Of a stretch of 64,000 nt of DNA, positions 47,980 to 56,475 are shown in pieces. Position 1 is the first letter of the stretch; every line of letters starts with the position of its first letter. The translations under genes and the position numbers were made by a program. The notes under the pieces are model-generated. The model was given only the letters and a program-made list of their open reading frames with translations. It was not told where the DNA came from and ran no database searches. Source of the DNA: Candidatus Altimarinota bacterium (GTDB taxonomy: Bacteria; Patescibacteriota; Gracilibacteria; UBA1369); assembly GCA_963677745.1 (NCBI GenBank), contig OY782391.1:1152001-1216000 (forward strand), in the 5' to 3' direction.

Positions 47980-49758
47980 CTATTTTTGCTTTAACTGGGT
48001 GGAATAAATCTTATGAAAATGGGAAGAGGGATTATGACTTAATTTCTGATAAGTTCCTTCTTCCACTATTTTACCGTTGTCCATCACGATGATACGGTCG
48101 ACATTTTTTAATGCGGATACTTTATGCGCGATAAAAATTACAGTCTTCTTTTCCAGCCTGGTTTCCAGTCCTTTCAATACCGCCGTTTCGGTTTTACTGT
48201 CGAGGGAGGAAGTGGACTCGTCGAAAATCAGTATCTGTGAATTCTTATAGATGGCTCTGGCGATGCCGACTCTTTGTCTTTCCCCGCCGGACAGATGATA
48301 GCCTTTTTCTCCGATTAATGTGCCCAGGCCTTCCGGCAACTTTTCGATTACCGGCCCCAGCTGGGCTATTTCCACGGCCAGTTCCAATAGTTCGGGATTG
48401 AGAGGACGTAACAGAGTAATATTTTCCATCAGGGACAGATTGAACATTTCCGAATCCTGCAAAATCAGAGTCATTTCTTTTTTGACGTCCTGCTCCTGCA
48501 GGTCATAAAAATTATGTTCCCCGATCCGGTATTCTCCGGATTTGAATGCGTATAGTCCCATCAGCAGTTTGACTATAGTTGATTTGCCGCTGCCCGATCT
48601 GCCCACCAGTCCGATCTTGGCAAATCTGGGAATCACCAGATCAATACCGACCAGCGCTTTTTCAACCGAACTGTCTTTGGCGCTGCGGTAGGTAAAGTTG
48701 CCTTTTTGGATGGTTATCTCCTGCCAGTGTTTGGGGAACTTTAAATTGCCGCTTTTTACTTTGCTGCTGGTCTGGTAAATCGGCAGCATTCTGGAGATGG
48801 CAGACTTGTCGCGGGAAGCCCGGTCATACAGGTCATTCAGCCTTGCGGTGGTGCCAATCATGGTCTGCAAATAACCGTAAAATATTACCAGTGTCCCGGC
48901 CGAAATGTCTCCGCTGACAATAGCTTGACCAATCAGAAATAGAAAAAAAGTATAACTTAAGCCGTTTAATATCTGAAAATTTTTCCAGAGCGTGAAAATC
49001 AGTTTTTCCACCTGGATGCCGGAATTTCTAATATGTTCTTCCTTGCGGGCGATATGGGAGGAAAAATGTTTGTTAGCCCCCATCGTTTTGATGGTCAGCA
49101 GATTATTCAGTCCTTCGATGAAAGCTCCGCTGGACTTTTCCTGGGCGATACTTTGTTCACGAATTTTCTTTTGTATTCTGGTGTTGAAATAAACAAGATT
49201 AGTAAAGAACATCAGCAGATACAGCAGAAAAAACAGAATGAAATACGGCTTCAGAAAAAGAAACACCACAATTATCCCGATAAAGCCGGCAATACCTTCA
49301 AAAACAATGTTTTCCATCATCTGGCTTAGATCGTTCAGAGCGCTGATTCCGTAAGAAATTCTTTGTGATTTCTCTCCGACCATCTGTTGATCATGCCATT
49401 CAATGGAAAAATCCAGTAGATTTTCAAATCCTGATAATTTCAGTACATAGGCAATTCCAATTCTCAGATTACTCAATGTGTTTTTGAGGGTTAGCCGGAA
49501 AAAAGAAACAATCGCAAAAGACACGCCAAGAACTACAATCAACAGATAGAAAGGATTCAGGGAATCACCGGTTTTATAGGTGCCAAAAAAATCCACGATT
49601 TTGCCCAGCAGCAAAGGTGGAACTACCGAATAGGAGAGCAGCAGAATTAAACAGATATTCCAGAATAGATAAATCTTCTTTTTGTCGCCCAGCAGAAAAA
49701 AGTATCCCCGGATCAGATCCAGCCAGCCGAATTTTTCTTTGGTATTGGTGTTGGCCAT
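47980..49758 (-). CDS. ABC exporter, fused permease/ATPase
   Basis: About 6 TMs; [29 protein letters not shown]. Confidence 0.92.
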   Translation of the reverse strand: MANTNTKEKFGWLDLIRGYFFLLGDKKKIYLFWNICLILLLSYSVVPPLLLGKIVDFFGTYKTGDSLNPFYLLIVVLGVSFAIVSFFRLTLKNTLSNLRIGIAYVLKLSGFENLLDFSIEWHDQQMVGEKSQRISYGISALNDLSQMMENIVFEGIAGFIGIIVVFLFLKPYFILFFLLYLLMFFTNLVYFNTRIQKKIREQSIAQEKSSGAFIEGLNNLLTIKTMGANKHFSSHIARKEEHIRNSGIQVEKLIFTLWKNFQILNGLSYTFFLFLIGQAIVSGDISAGTLVIFYGYLQTMIGTTARLNDLYDRASRDKSAISRMLPIYQTSSKVKSGNLKFPKHWQEITIQKGNFTYRSAKDSSVEKALVGIDLVIPRFAKIGLVGRSGSGKSTIVKLLMGLYAFKSGEYRIGEHNFYDLQEQDVKKEMTLILQDSEMFNLSLMENITLLRPLNPELLELAVEIAQLGPVIEKLPEGLGTLIGEKGYHLSGGERQRVGIARAIYKNSQILIFDESTSSLDSKTETAVLKGLETRLEKKTVIFIAHKVSALKNVDRIIVMDNGKIVEEGTYQKLSHNPSSHFHKIYSTQLKQK

Positions 49759-49764
49759 GGGCCT

Positions 49765-50244
49765 TTATCTTGCTTCTAAATCACTTAATATTAACATAAT
49801 CTCCTCCTGCATGTCACTGAAATCGTCTTTGGACAAAGAGCTGATTTCTACCCACCGGAAATCCCTGGCCTCATCGTCTTGCACTTCATCATTGTTTTTA
49901 AGTTTCTGATCTGATGTTTGGCAGTCATAAAAAAATAGAAAGGCATGCATGGCTTCATCGGTCGGTTCATAAAAGAAAAAGTTTTCCACCGAGCTGAGAC
50001 ATTCTCCGATCTCCACTCCGGCCAGACCGGTTTCTTCAGCAATTTCCCGCAGCAAAGCATCTTTCCTGGTTTCACCTACATTTATGCCTCCGCCCGGAAA
50101 CCAGATCTTTCCGTCACTCATGTTGCGGCAAACGCAGATCTTGCCTTCCGGGTTGCGAATTATCCCGTACACACTGGGCCGAAAACGGAATTTATTGCGC
50201 GGCAAAGTGACCCATTCATTGCGCTGGTTTTTGCATTTAATCAT
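49765..50244 (-). CDS. NUDIX hydrolase
   Basis: RPSVYG, FPGGGINVGETRKDALLREIAEETGL; ATG 50244 overlaps the CYTH stop. Confidence 0.88.
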   Translation of the reverse strand: MIKCKNQRNEWVTLPRNKFRFRPSVYGIIRNPEGKICVCRNMSDGKIWFPGGGINVGETRKDALLREIAEETGLAGVEIGECLSSVENFFFYEPTDEAMHAFLFFYDCQTSDQKLKNNDEVQDDEARDFRWVEISSLSKDDFSDMQEEIMLILSDLEAR

Positions 50245-50812
50245 GGTGATACTTTTTAGGCGGGTTTTCAAAAGTGATTTCCGGAGTTTGCATATTGATG
50301 ACATCCGGCGGTATTCCCAGTTTCTTTTCATAAACAATATCCACAGCGCCGAACAGAGCCCGGGCAAAATCCAGTCCCAGTTCAGCCGTTACCTGTTTGA
50401 CCTCCTCCTCACTATGCCCCTCAATCTCCACAAACGGGTCAAGACCGGGCCAGGTATCAATCGTTATTTCAACTTCATGCCAAAGCCAGGTTTCACGCTT
50501 GGTTTCCTGATAAGCTTTTTTCTTTGCTCCCAAAGCTTCCAGCAGTTTCACGCCGGAAGTGAAATCATGTATGCGCAGCATTACCTCCTTCTGGTCCTCC
50601 ATTCGTGTGCCGGTGACTTCTTTTAGACTCAAAGTGATCACGTCACCCTCGTCACGCACACGCAGCCAGCCTTCCACGCCCTGCGGCGGAAAAAATACTA
50701 CACGCCGCATCAGCGTTTCGGGCTTTAGACAGGTGGCACCTAGAGACCGAAGCTTTTCTCTGGTTGCAGAGATATCAATATCGATAAAAGTTGCCTCAAA
50801 TTCTATATCCAT
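50237..50812 (-). CDS. CYTH (class IV adenylate cyclase/triphosphate tunnel) domain protein
   Basis: IEFEA, WLRVRDEG...TLSLK, YQET.RE.W, IDTWPGL..FVEIEG. Confidence 0.88.
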   Translation of the reverse strand: MDIEFEATFIDIDISATREKLRSLGATCLKPETLMRRVVFFPPQGVEGWLRVRDEGDVITLSLKEVTGTRMEDQKEVMLRIHDFTSGVKLLEALGAKKKAYQETKRETWLWHEVEITIDTWPGLDPFVEIEGHSEEEVKQVTAELGLDFARALFGAVDIVYEKKLGIPPDVINMQTPEITFENPPKKYHHD

Positions 50813-50820
50813 TTGGAAAA

Positions 50821-51798
50821 TTATTTTTCAAATTTAATAAAATATCTTTTTGGGGCCATTCCGCTTTTCAGTAATTCCTGATAACTGGAGTCGGATTCGG
50901 AAAAACGCTGTATCTTTCCTTCCGACAGAAAAAGCGGATCCACCAGCCGGTTTTTGCAAAGTACTTCCGCCTCAAAATTTTCCGGGTCGTTGCGGAAAGG
51001 AATTCTGTTGTTCATCCTTTCGAAAAGCAGTTGCAGGCGTTCATCATGATGATGGTGTCCGGCAATTTTTTCCAGTACCTGCCGGTCGGTGGTATAGAAA
51101 TCCTTGACTGTGATATAGCCCTTATTGAGTGCATATTTCACATAGTCACCCACCGTGCGGAACATTACGGCGGAAGGCAGTCCGGCATAATAATTGTCAT
51201 TCAGATAGCGAAACAACCTGGTGTAATTCCTGGCACTCTCCAGATCGTTGAAATACCATTGCCCGTTGTTAGCTATCAGACTGGCCAATACGCTTTCCGC
51301 ATCCTCCAGGTCACCAAAAACCACGGCCGTTCGCAAAGAATAATCGATACGGTCGGCGCACAGATCTGGCAGTTCGGTTTCCTTGAGGGGAAAATTACTG
51401 TCGTCCAGAATATAATCCACGTTAAACCCGTGTTTTTCCAGGATCGCGGGGAGTTCGGACTTTTTTACGTATTGTTCATGCAAGTCGTCCTGATGACTTT
51501 GAGTAGCCTGTGTTCCATTGTCCATGACATAATCGGCGCAATGAGAAAAAGCCGAATGCGAAACATCGTGCAGCAACCCGGCAATCTGTTCGGCTATCTC
51601 CGCCTGGTAGCGTTTCAAAAGCAGCATAACGCCTACCGAATGTTCATAACGGGTATGTGCGGTTCCCGGAAAATGCGGTTCCAGAAAACCCGCCTGATCA
51701 ATCCCTTTCAGCCTCTGCAGCGAGGGAGCTCCAATCAGTTCTACCAGGACCGGTTCGGCCACCTCCATCTCTCCATAAATTCTGTCAGTGATTCTCAT
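50821..51798 (-). CDS. HD-domain phosphohydrolase (SAMHD1/dNTPase-like)
   Basis: QRLKGIDQ.G, TRYEHSVG, LLHDVSHSAFSH, ADRIDY.LR; ATG 51798 (the ORF-track start runs through the tRNA). Confidence 0.9.
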   Translation of the reverse strand: MRITDRIYGEMEVAEPVLVELIGAPSLQRLKGIDQAGFLEPHFPGTAHTRYEHSVGVMLLLKRYQAEIAEQIAGLLHDVSHSAFSHCADYVMDNGTQATQSHQDDLHEQYVKKSELPAILEKHGFNVDYILDDSNFPLKETELPDLCADRIDYSLRTAVVFGDLEDAESVLASLIANNGQWYFNDLESARNYTRLFRYLNDNYYAGLPSAVMFRTVGDYVKYALNKGYITVKDFYTTDRQVLEKIAGHHHHDERLQLLFERMNNRIPFRNDPENFEAEVLCKNRLVDPLFLSEGKIQRFSESDSSYQELLKSGMAPKRYFIKFEK

Positions 51799-51811
51799 TT
51801 TCAGTTTGAAA

Positions 51812-51887
51812 TGGTCGGAGTGGCGGGACTCGAACCCACGACCTCGTCGTCCCGAACGACGCGCGCTACCAACTGCGCTACACCCCG
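51812..51887 (-). tRNA. tRNA-Pro(CGG)
   Basis: CGGGGTG/CACTCCG acceptor stem, A73 and CCA; anticodon arm CGTCG-TT CGG GA-CGACG; GTTCGAGT T-loop. Confidence 0.96.
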
Positions 51888-51913
51888 ACATCGGAAAGCT
51901 TGGCGTCGGAATA

Positions 51914-52168
51914 TTACCCCAGGTAACCTTCATTTCGCAATAAATTCTCTTTTTTTTGCCGTCCCCGGTTGAAGCCGCCCAAACTGCCGTCGGTTCGGAT
52001 TACCCGATGGCAGGAAACTGACGGGTCGTGATTGGCATGCATTATGGCCCCGACTGCTCGGGCGGCGCGCGGGTTGCCCGCGCGCCGCGCCACTTCTCCG
52101 TAACTCAGCACGGACCCGGCGGGAATTTCCCGTACAACCGCCAATACTTTCCGTTTGAATTCAGTCAT
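51914..52168 (-). CDS. MGMT/Ogt-family DNA alkyl-binding protein (C-terminal domain only)
   Basis: IP.G.V.SYGEVA..G.PRAARAVG, SCHRVIR.DG.LGGF, L.NEG; start 52168 or 52177. Confidence 0.9.
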   Translation of the reverse strand: MTEFKRKVLAVVREIPAGSVLSYGEVARRAGNPRAARAVGAIMHANHDPSVSCHRVIRTDGSLGGFNRGRQKKENLLRNEGYLG

Positions 52169-52169
52169 C

Positions 52170-52952
52170 TTATTCATTGATCATTATATTTCCCGATTCA
52201 TATCGCTTCAATCCGGCACGGAAAACCAAAACTCCTGTAATGGTAAAAAAGGCGATGGCTCCCAGCATCATCAGGGGAGCGGTCCAGTCCAGCTTTCTGA
52301 TAAAATCCATCGGCACTTGCCCGATCAGTAGCGCGGGTAGCACCAGATACAGCAGAAGTTTCACCGGACCACCAAATACGCTTTGGGGATACAGACTGAG
52401 ACTGACCAGCATCCAAAACAGCTCCGTAGCCACCGCTTCAAATTCTCCGAACCAGAAAGTCAGGGATTGAACCAGCACGCAAAATCCCCAGAAAATAAAG
52501 GCCACCATCCAGGCCGCCACCAGCAGAAGCAGCAGATTGAGCCAGGAAAAGCCCAGCAAAAAAATGAAAATCAGGATGCCGGAAAGAAAATCCCCGATGG
52601 CTGAGATATCTGTGCGACTGACCGTCAGGAACCAGAGGGGACTTTTGGGATAGGTCAGATAATAATCCAGCCGGCCGTTGGTTATTTGTAGTCCGATGCG
52701 ATGCGCCCCGCCCATAAACACCGAGAAGATGCCAAATCCGGTCATGCTGATGGCGTACAGCCATTGCATATCAATAAAAGTCCAGCCGTTGACGTTTTGA
52801 AAACGCTGAAAGAAAAGATAAAACACCAGTACCCAGCCGACATTATTCAGAAGCATCCCGAATACCTGCATCAGAAAACTGACGCGGAATTCCATGGCGC
52901 TTTGCACCGCCATTTTGGTCATGTACCATGATAATTTGATGTATTTAACCAC
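52170..52952 (-). CDS. ABC-2 family permease
   Basis: MEFR.SF, GW, I..G.LDYYL..P, YP..VF. Confidence 0.88.
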   Translation of the reverse strand: MVKYIKLSWYMTKMAVQSAMEFRVSFLMQVFGMLLNNVGWVLVFYLFFQRFQNVNGWTFIDMQWLYAISMTGFGIFSVFMGGAHRIGLQITNGRLDYYLTYPKSPLWFLTVSRTDISAIGDFLSGILIFIFLLGFSWLNLLLLLVAAWMVAFIFWGFCVLVQSLTFWFGEFEAVATELFWMLVSLSLYPQSVFGGPVKLLLYLVLPALLIGQVPMDFIRKLDWTAPLMMLGAIAFFTITGVLVFRAGLKRYESGNIMINE

Positions 52953-53796
52953 CGTTGACTGTTATGTGTTTCTCCGCGAATTTGAAAATTACAAAGGCCG
53001 TCACTGTGGCAATGATTGCCCAGCAGACTTGTACCATCAGACCAAAACAAAAAGACTCCCAGTTAAAATTCACCATCGTATTGGCTGGCAGGAAAAAGAT
53101 ATTACTGAAAGGCAAAAAATTTAAAATGTTTCTGGCAGCTTCCGGCAGAAATTGTACCGGAACAACCATTCCTCCCAATACCAGAATAAATTTGCTGTAA
53201 ATCCAGTGTAGCGGTCTTACCTCTTCTATCCAGAAAGCGGACAGTCCGATCGACATCATAATCATGAAGTCCAGATATATTCCCACCATCAGCGACACCA
53301 GTCCAAGCAGCAAACCTTCCCAGGTCAGTCCGGGGACGCCCACCATCCACACGGCCACAGCTGCGCCAAAGACAATATTCAGCATCAGTGCGAATAAGCC
53401 CCGCCCGATGGAATTAAAATAGTAATAAAAAATATAGGAGTAAGGACGGTTGAGAGTATAGGCAATATCTCCGTTTTTCACTTCCTGCTCAACTATAAAA
53501 GTCACGGGAGGGCGGGCGACATTCTGAAAACTCTGGGTCAGCATGATCAGCCAGACCGCCGAGGTCAGTGAAAGACCGTCTATTACCGGCAGGGCATTGG
53601 TACGAAAAATCGCCCCATAGAGCTGACTGTAAATCCAGATGCGCATGGCAATGGTGAGGCCGCGCGCCAGGATAGTCCAGGAATAGGTGGTGGCATTGAA
53701 ATAGCCAATTTTCAGGGCAGCCCAATACTTGGCGACTTTCTTTAAAAAAGTCGTCTCGAAATTTTGCTCCAAAGTATTTTCAAAGCTTGGGCGCAT
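52945..53796 (-). CDS. ABC-2 family permease
   Basis: EVK.G.IAY.L.RP, G..AFW, GG..VP..F.P, LPF...F.P, VNGG C-terminus; start uncertain. Confidence 0.86.
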   Translation of the reverse strand: MRPSFENTLEQNFETTFLKKVAKYWAALKIGYFNATTYSWTILARGLTIAMRIWIYSQLYGAIFRTNALPVIDGLSLTSAVWLIMLTQSFQNVARPPVTFIVEQEVKNGDIAYTLNRPYSYIFYYYFNSIGRGLFALMLNIVFGAAVAVWMVGVPGLTWEGLLLGLVSLMVGIYLDFMIMMSIGLSAFWIEEVRPLHWIYSKFILVLGGMVVPVQFLPEAARNILNFLPFSNIFFLPANTMVNFNWESFCFGLMVQVCWAIIATVTAFVIFKFAEKHITVNGG

Positions 53797-54781
53797 AATT
53801 TTTATTCTGATAAATACCGGCAATAATTTCCTCCATCGGCGGATCGTAGATATTGATGTCCTTGGGAGCGTATTGTTTTATCGTGTAATCCAGCAGTTTT
53901 TGAATGCCGTTTTTGGATGTATCAAGTTCGATTTTCAGATCAAACTGGCCTTTTGACAGCACTGTGCCTCCGTGGAATTCAAATTCACCGATTTCCTGTT
54001 CAGTCACAATTTCCACGATTTTTTTGCGAATAAAAGTTTTCTTTAGTTTTTCGGTGCTGTCGTCAAACACCACCTGGCCGTGATTGATGACGATGGTACG
54101 CTGGGCCAGAGCCTCAATGTCCCCGGCATCATGGGAGGTCAGAAAAATAGTCACATTTTCTTCCCGGTTCAGCCGCAGCAGAACTTCGCGGATGCGCTGC
54201 CTGGCAATTACGTCCAGTCCGATGGTCGGCTCATCCAGAAAAATTATCTCGGGGCTGTGCAGAAACGACGCTGCGATTTCGCAGCGCATCCGCTGTCCCA
54301 ATGACAATTTGCGTACGGGAGTTTTAAGCAGTTCTTCCAGTTCAAAAGTTTCCACCAGCATTTTCAGCCTCTGTTTAAATTTCCCATGATCCAGTTCATA
54401 GATTTTTTCCAGCAAAGTGAAAGTCTCCTGAGGTGGCAGATGATACCACAGCTGAGGTTTCTGCCCAAAGACTGTTCCCACATGGAAGGCCAGTTTGCTC
54501 CTTTGTTTGGAAGGATTAAAACCCAGTACTTCCAGCCGACCGGAAGTCGGGTAAATCAGGCCGGTCAGCATCTTGATAGTGGTGGACTTGCCGGCTCCGT
54601 TAGGGCCAATAAAAGCCAGAATCTCTCCCGCCTTAACCTCAAAATTAATCTGATCCACCGCTTTCACCAGTTTATAATGGGGCCTGAAAACAGAGGACAG
54701 CGAACCGATCAGGCCCTGCTGCTTCTGCTTTAGCTTAAAAATCTTGGTCAGATTCTCAACTTTGATGATGGGTTTTTCCAT
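53780..54781 (-). CDS. ABC transporter ATP-binding protein
   Basis: GPNGAGKSTT, VFGQK.QL, LSLGQRMRCE, FLDEPTIGLD, TSHD. Confidence 0.94.
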   Translation of the reverse strand: MEKPIIKVENLTKIFKLKQKQQGLIGSLSSVFRPHYKLVKAVDQINFEVKAGEILAFIGPNGAGKSTTIKMLTGLIYPTSGRLEVLGFNPSKQRSKLAFHVGTVFGQKPQLWYHLPPQETFTLLEKIYELDHGKFKQRLKMLVETFELEELLKTPVRKLSLGQRMRCEIAASFLHSPEIIFLDEPTIGLDVIARQRIREVLLRLNREENVTIFLTSHDAGDIEALAQRTIVINHGQVVFDDSTEKLKKTFIRKKIVEIVTEQEIGEFEFHGGTVLSKGQFDLKIELDTSKNGIQKLLDYTIKQYAPKDINIYDPPMEEIIAGIYQNKNYAPKL

Positions 54782-54862
54782 AATGTTCGTGAAATACCTT
54801 TCAAATACGCGACCATTATAAATACAACTTCCCAAAAAACAATCAGCTAGGATCAGCTCAAT

Positions 54863-55381
54863 TTATTCAAACTCCTTGGGAGTCCCGCATTTGCCCGGGG
54901 AAATATGCCGGTCTGCCCGCAAAGCCACATAATGTTCCTTGGAGTTCTTCAGTACGTTCTGTTCTTCCGGGGTTTTGGCAAATTCCATTGCCCGGGAACA
55001 TTGCCGGTGCATCTTATCCATATAGGCATTCAACATCCGTGAATTATTGCAGCCTTGTCCCTCTTTGGAGACCAGAACCACCGGATCATAGCCAAACTGG
55101 CAGTTGACCGAGAGATTATAATAAAACTCATTTTCCAGATTTTTGTAAACGGAAACCGGCACTGTTTCTTCATCGGACTGCTTATCCTGTTGCCCGGCTG
55201 TTTCCTTACTTAACAGACATTCCACCTTTTCACCGGTAACTCTGCGCAGGGCGCTTTGCTGTTCGGTAATCACAGCCTCGTTTTTTGCCCTGTCCGGCTG
55301 CTGGTAAGCTTCCATTGCTACTATACCGGCAGTGGCAGCCAGAAAAGCATTAATAACATCTCTTTTTAATCCCGTTTTCAT
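54863..55381 (-). CDS. Hypothetical exported protein
   Basis: N-terminal hydrophobic stretch; 5 Cys; no recognised domain. Confidence 0.55.
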   Translation of the reverse strand: MKTGLKRDVINAFLAATAGIVAMEAYQQPDRAKNEAVITEQQSALRRVTGEKVECLLSKETAGQQDKQSDEETVPVSVYKNLENEFYYNLSVNCQFGYDPVVLVSKEGQGCNNSRMLNAYMDKMHRQCSRAMEFAKTPEEQNVLKNSKEHYVALRADRHISPGKCGTPKEFE

Positions 55382-55504
55382 GATTCTTCATTCAAAGAAG
55401 ATATTAGAATATCATAAAAGGGTGACGTGTCAAATGTTTGGTAGAAATTCCTGGGAATTGATTCTGTAAATTTACCAATTTGTCTTATTTATATTGAAAA
55501 TATT

Positions 55505-55513
55505 TGGTATAAT
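55505..55513 (+). promoter_or_regulatory. Extended -10 promoter
   Basis: TGGTATAAT, 31 bp before ATG 55545. Confidence 0.55.
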
Positions 55514-55544
55514 ACTGAGATTAAATCATAATATTCGTACCAAA

Positions 55545-56252
55545 ATGTCAGAAAAACTCACCAGTAATGAAACGGTCTTATCCTGGCACAATTTTGGCCC
55601 CAATATCAAAGCTGCCCTGGTACACAGGGATGACGCTCGGGTCCTTCGTTTTGAGAAAAGCAACTCTTATCACGATTTGAACACCTTTTTTGCGGCCATG
55701 AAGAAGGGACGGGTTGATCAAAAAGTTAACGCAGAGGGGATTTTCAACGGGACAGAAATTGTTGTGAGTGACCCTGCTGAAACTTTTCTGCAGTTTGAAA
55801 AAAGGTATTTTGAAGAGGCTCGACTGCAAAGAGAAATAAGAAAGAAAGGCCCTGAAGGCCAGTCAAAATTAGACAGGGAGAGGGGAAAAGAAATAAGTGA
55901 TGCCCGAAAACTTCTGGAAGCAAAAATGAAATTTGCAACCGAAAGAGAAAGAATTGCCAGTTCCGCTACGCGCACGGAAGATACTGTCAAAATATTGGGA
56001 GAGAACTGGCCTGCAATTTCATTATGGTATGACAAAATGCTGGAGCAAGTGAAAACAGAGTTAGCCGGTCACCCTAATGCAAAGACGGTCCATGATCTGG
56101 AGGTGATAGAAAAAAATATGGGATTTTTATTTGGAACGACTTACCGCGCCGGTCAATTGGACTTCGAAGACAAAAAAATAAGTAAGGCCATAGAGGAGGC
56201 TTTTTGGGCAGATTTGACAAAGGTTTTTAACCGCTTTAAAAAGACATCCTGA
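55545..56252 (+). CDS. Hypothetical charged/helical protein
   Basis: AT-rich ORF ending 4 bp before the tRNA 3' end; ATG 55545 preferred. Confidence 0.6.
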   Translation: MSEKLTSNETVLSWHNFGPNIKAALVHRDDARVLRFEKSNSYHDLNTFFAAMKKGRVDQKVNAEGIFNGTEIVVSDPAETFLQFEKRYFEEARLQREIRKKGPEGQSKLDRERGKEISDARKLLEAKMKFATERERIASSATRTEDTVKILGENWPAISLWYDKMLEQVKTELAGHPNAKTVHDLEVIEKNMGFLFGTTYRAGQLDFEDKKISKAIEEAFWADLTKVFNRFKKTS

Positions 56253-56254
56253 TT

Positions 56255-56335
56255 TTTGGTCGGAGTGGCGGGATTCGAACCCACGACCTCACGCACCCCA
56301 TGCGTGCGCGCTACCAACTGCGCTACACCCCGACA
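56255..56335. repeat. 81-bp exact direct repeat (partner at 60885..60965)
   Basis: tt + the 76-nt tRNA gene + aca are identical in both copies. Confidence 0.93.
56257..56332 (-). tRNA. tRNA-Pro(GGG), copy 1
   Basis: Full cloverleaf; anticodon arm CACGC-AT GGG GT-GCGTG; encoded CCA. Confidence 0.96.
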
Positions 56336-56356
56336 TATCCAGATATTGGCGAAAGA

Positions 56357-56385
56357 ATTCTACTACCTGTCCGGTCTTTCGGCAA
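56357..56385 (-). promoter_or_regulatory. Sigma70 promoter of tRNA-Pro(GGG) copy 1
   Basis: TTGCCG-17 bp-TAGAAT on the minus strand. Confidence 0.6.
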
Positions 56386-56475
56386 ACCGGATATTTACTT
56401 GTAATAAAAAATTTCAGCCAGTAGTAGTAAATAGCAATGGCAGAATTCAGGCCAGAACGATAATTTTAAGCAGAA

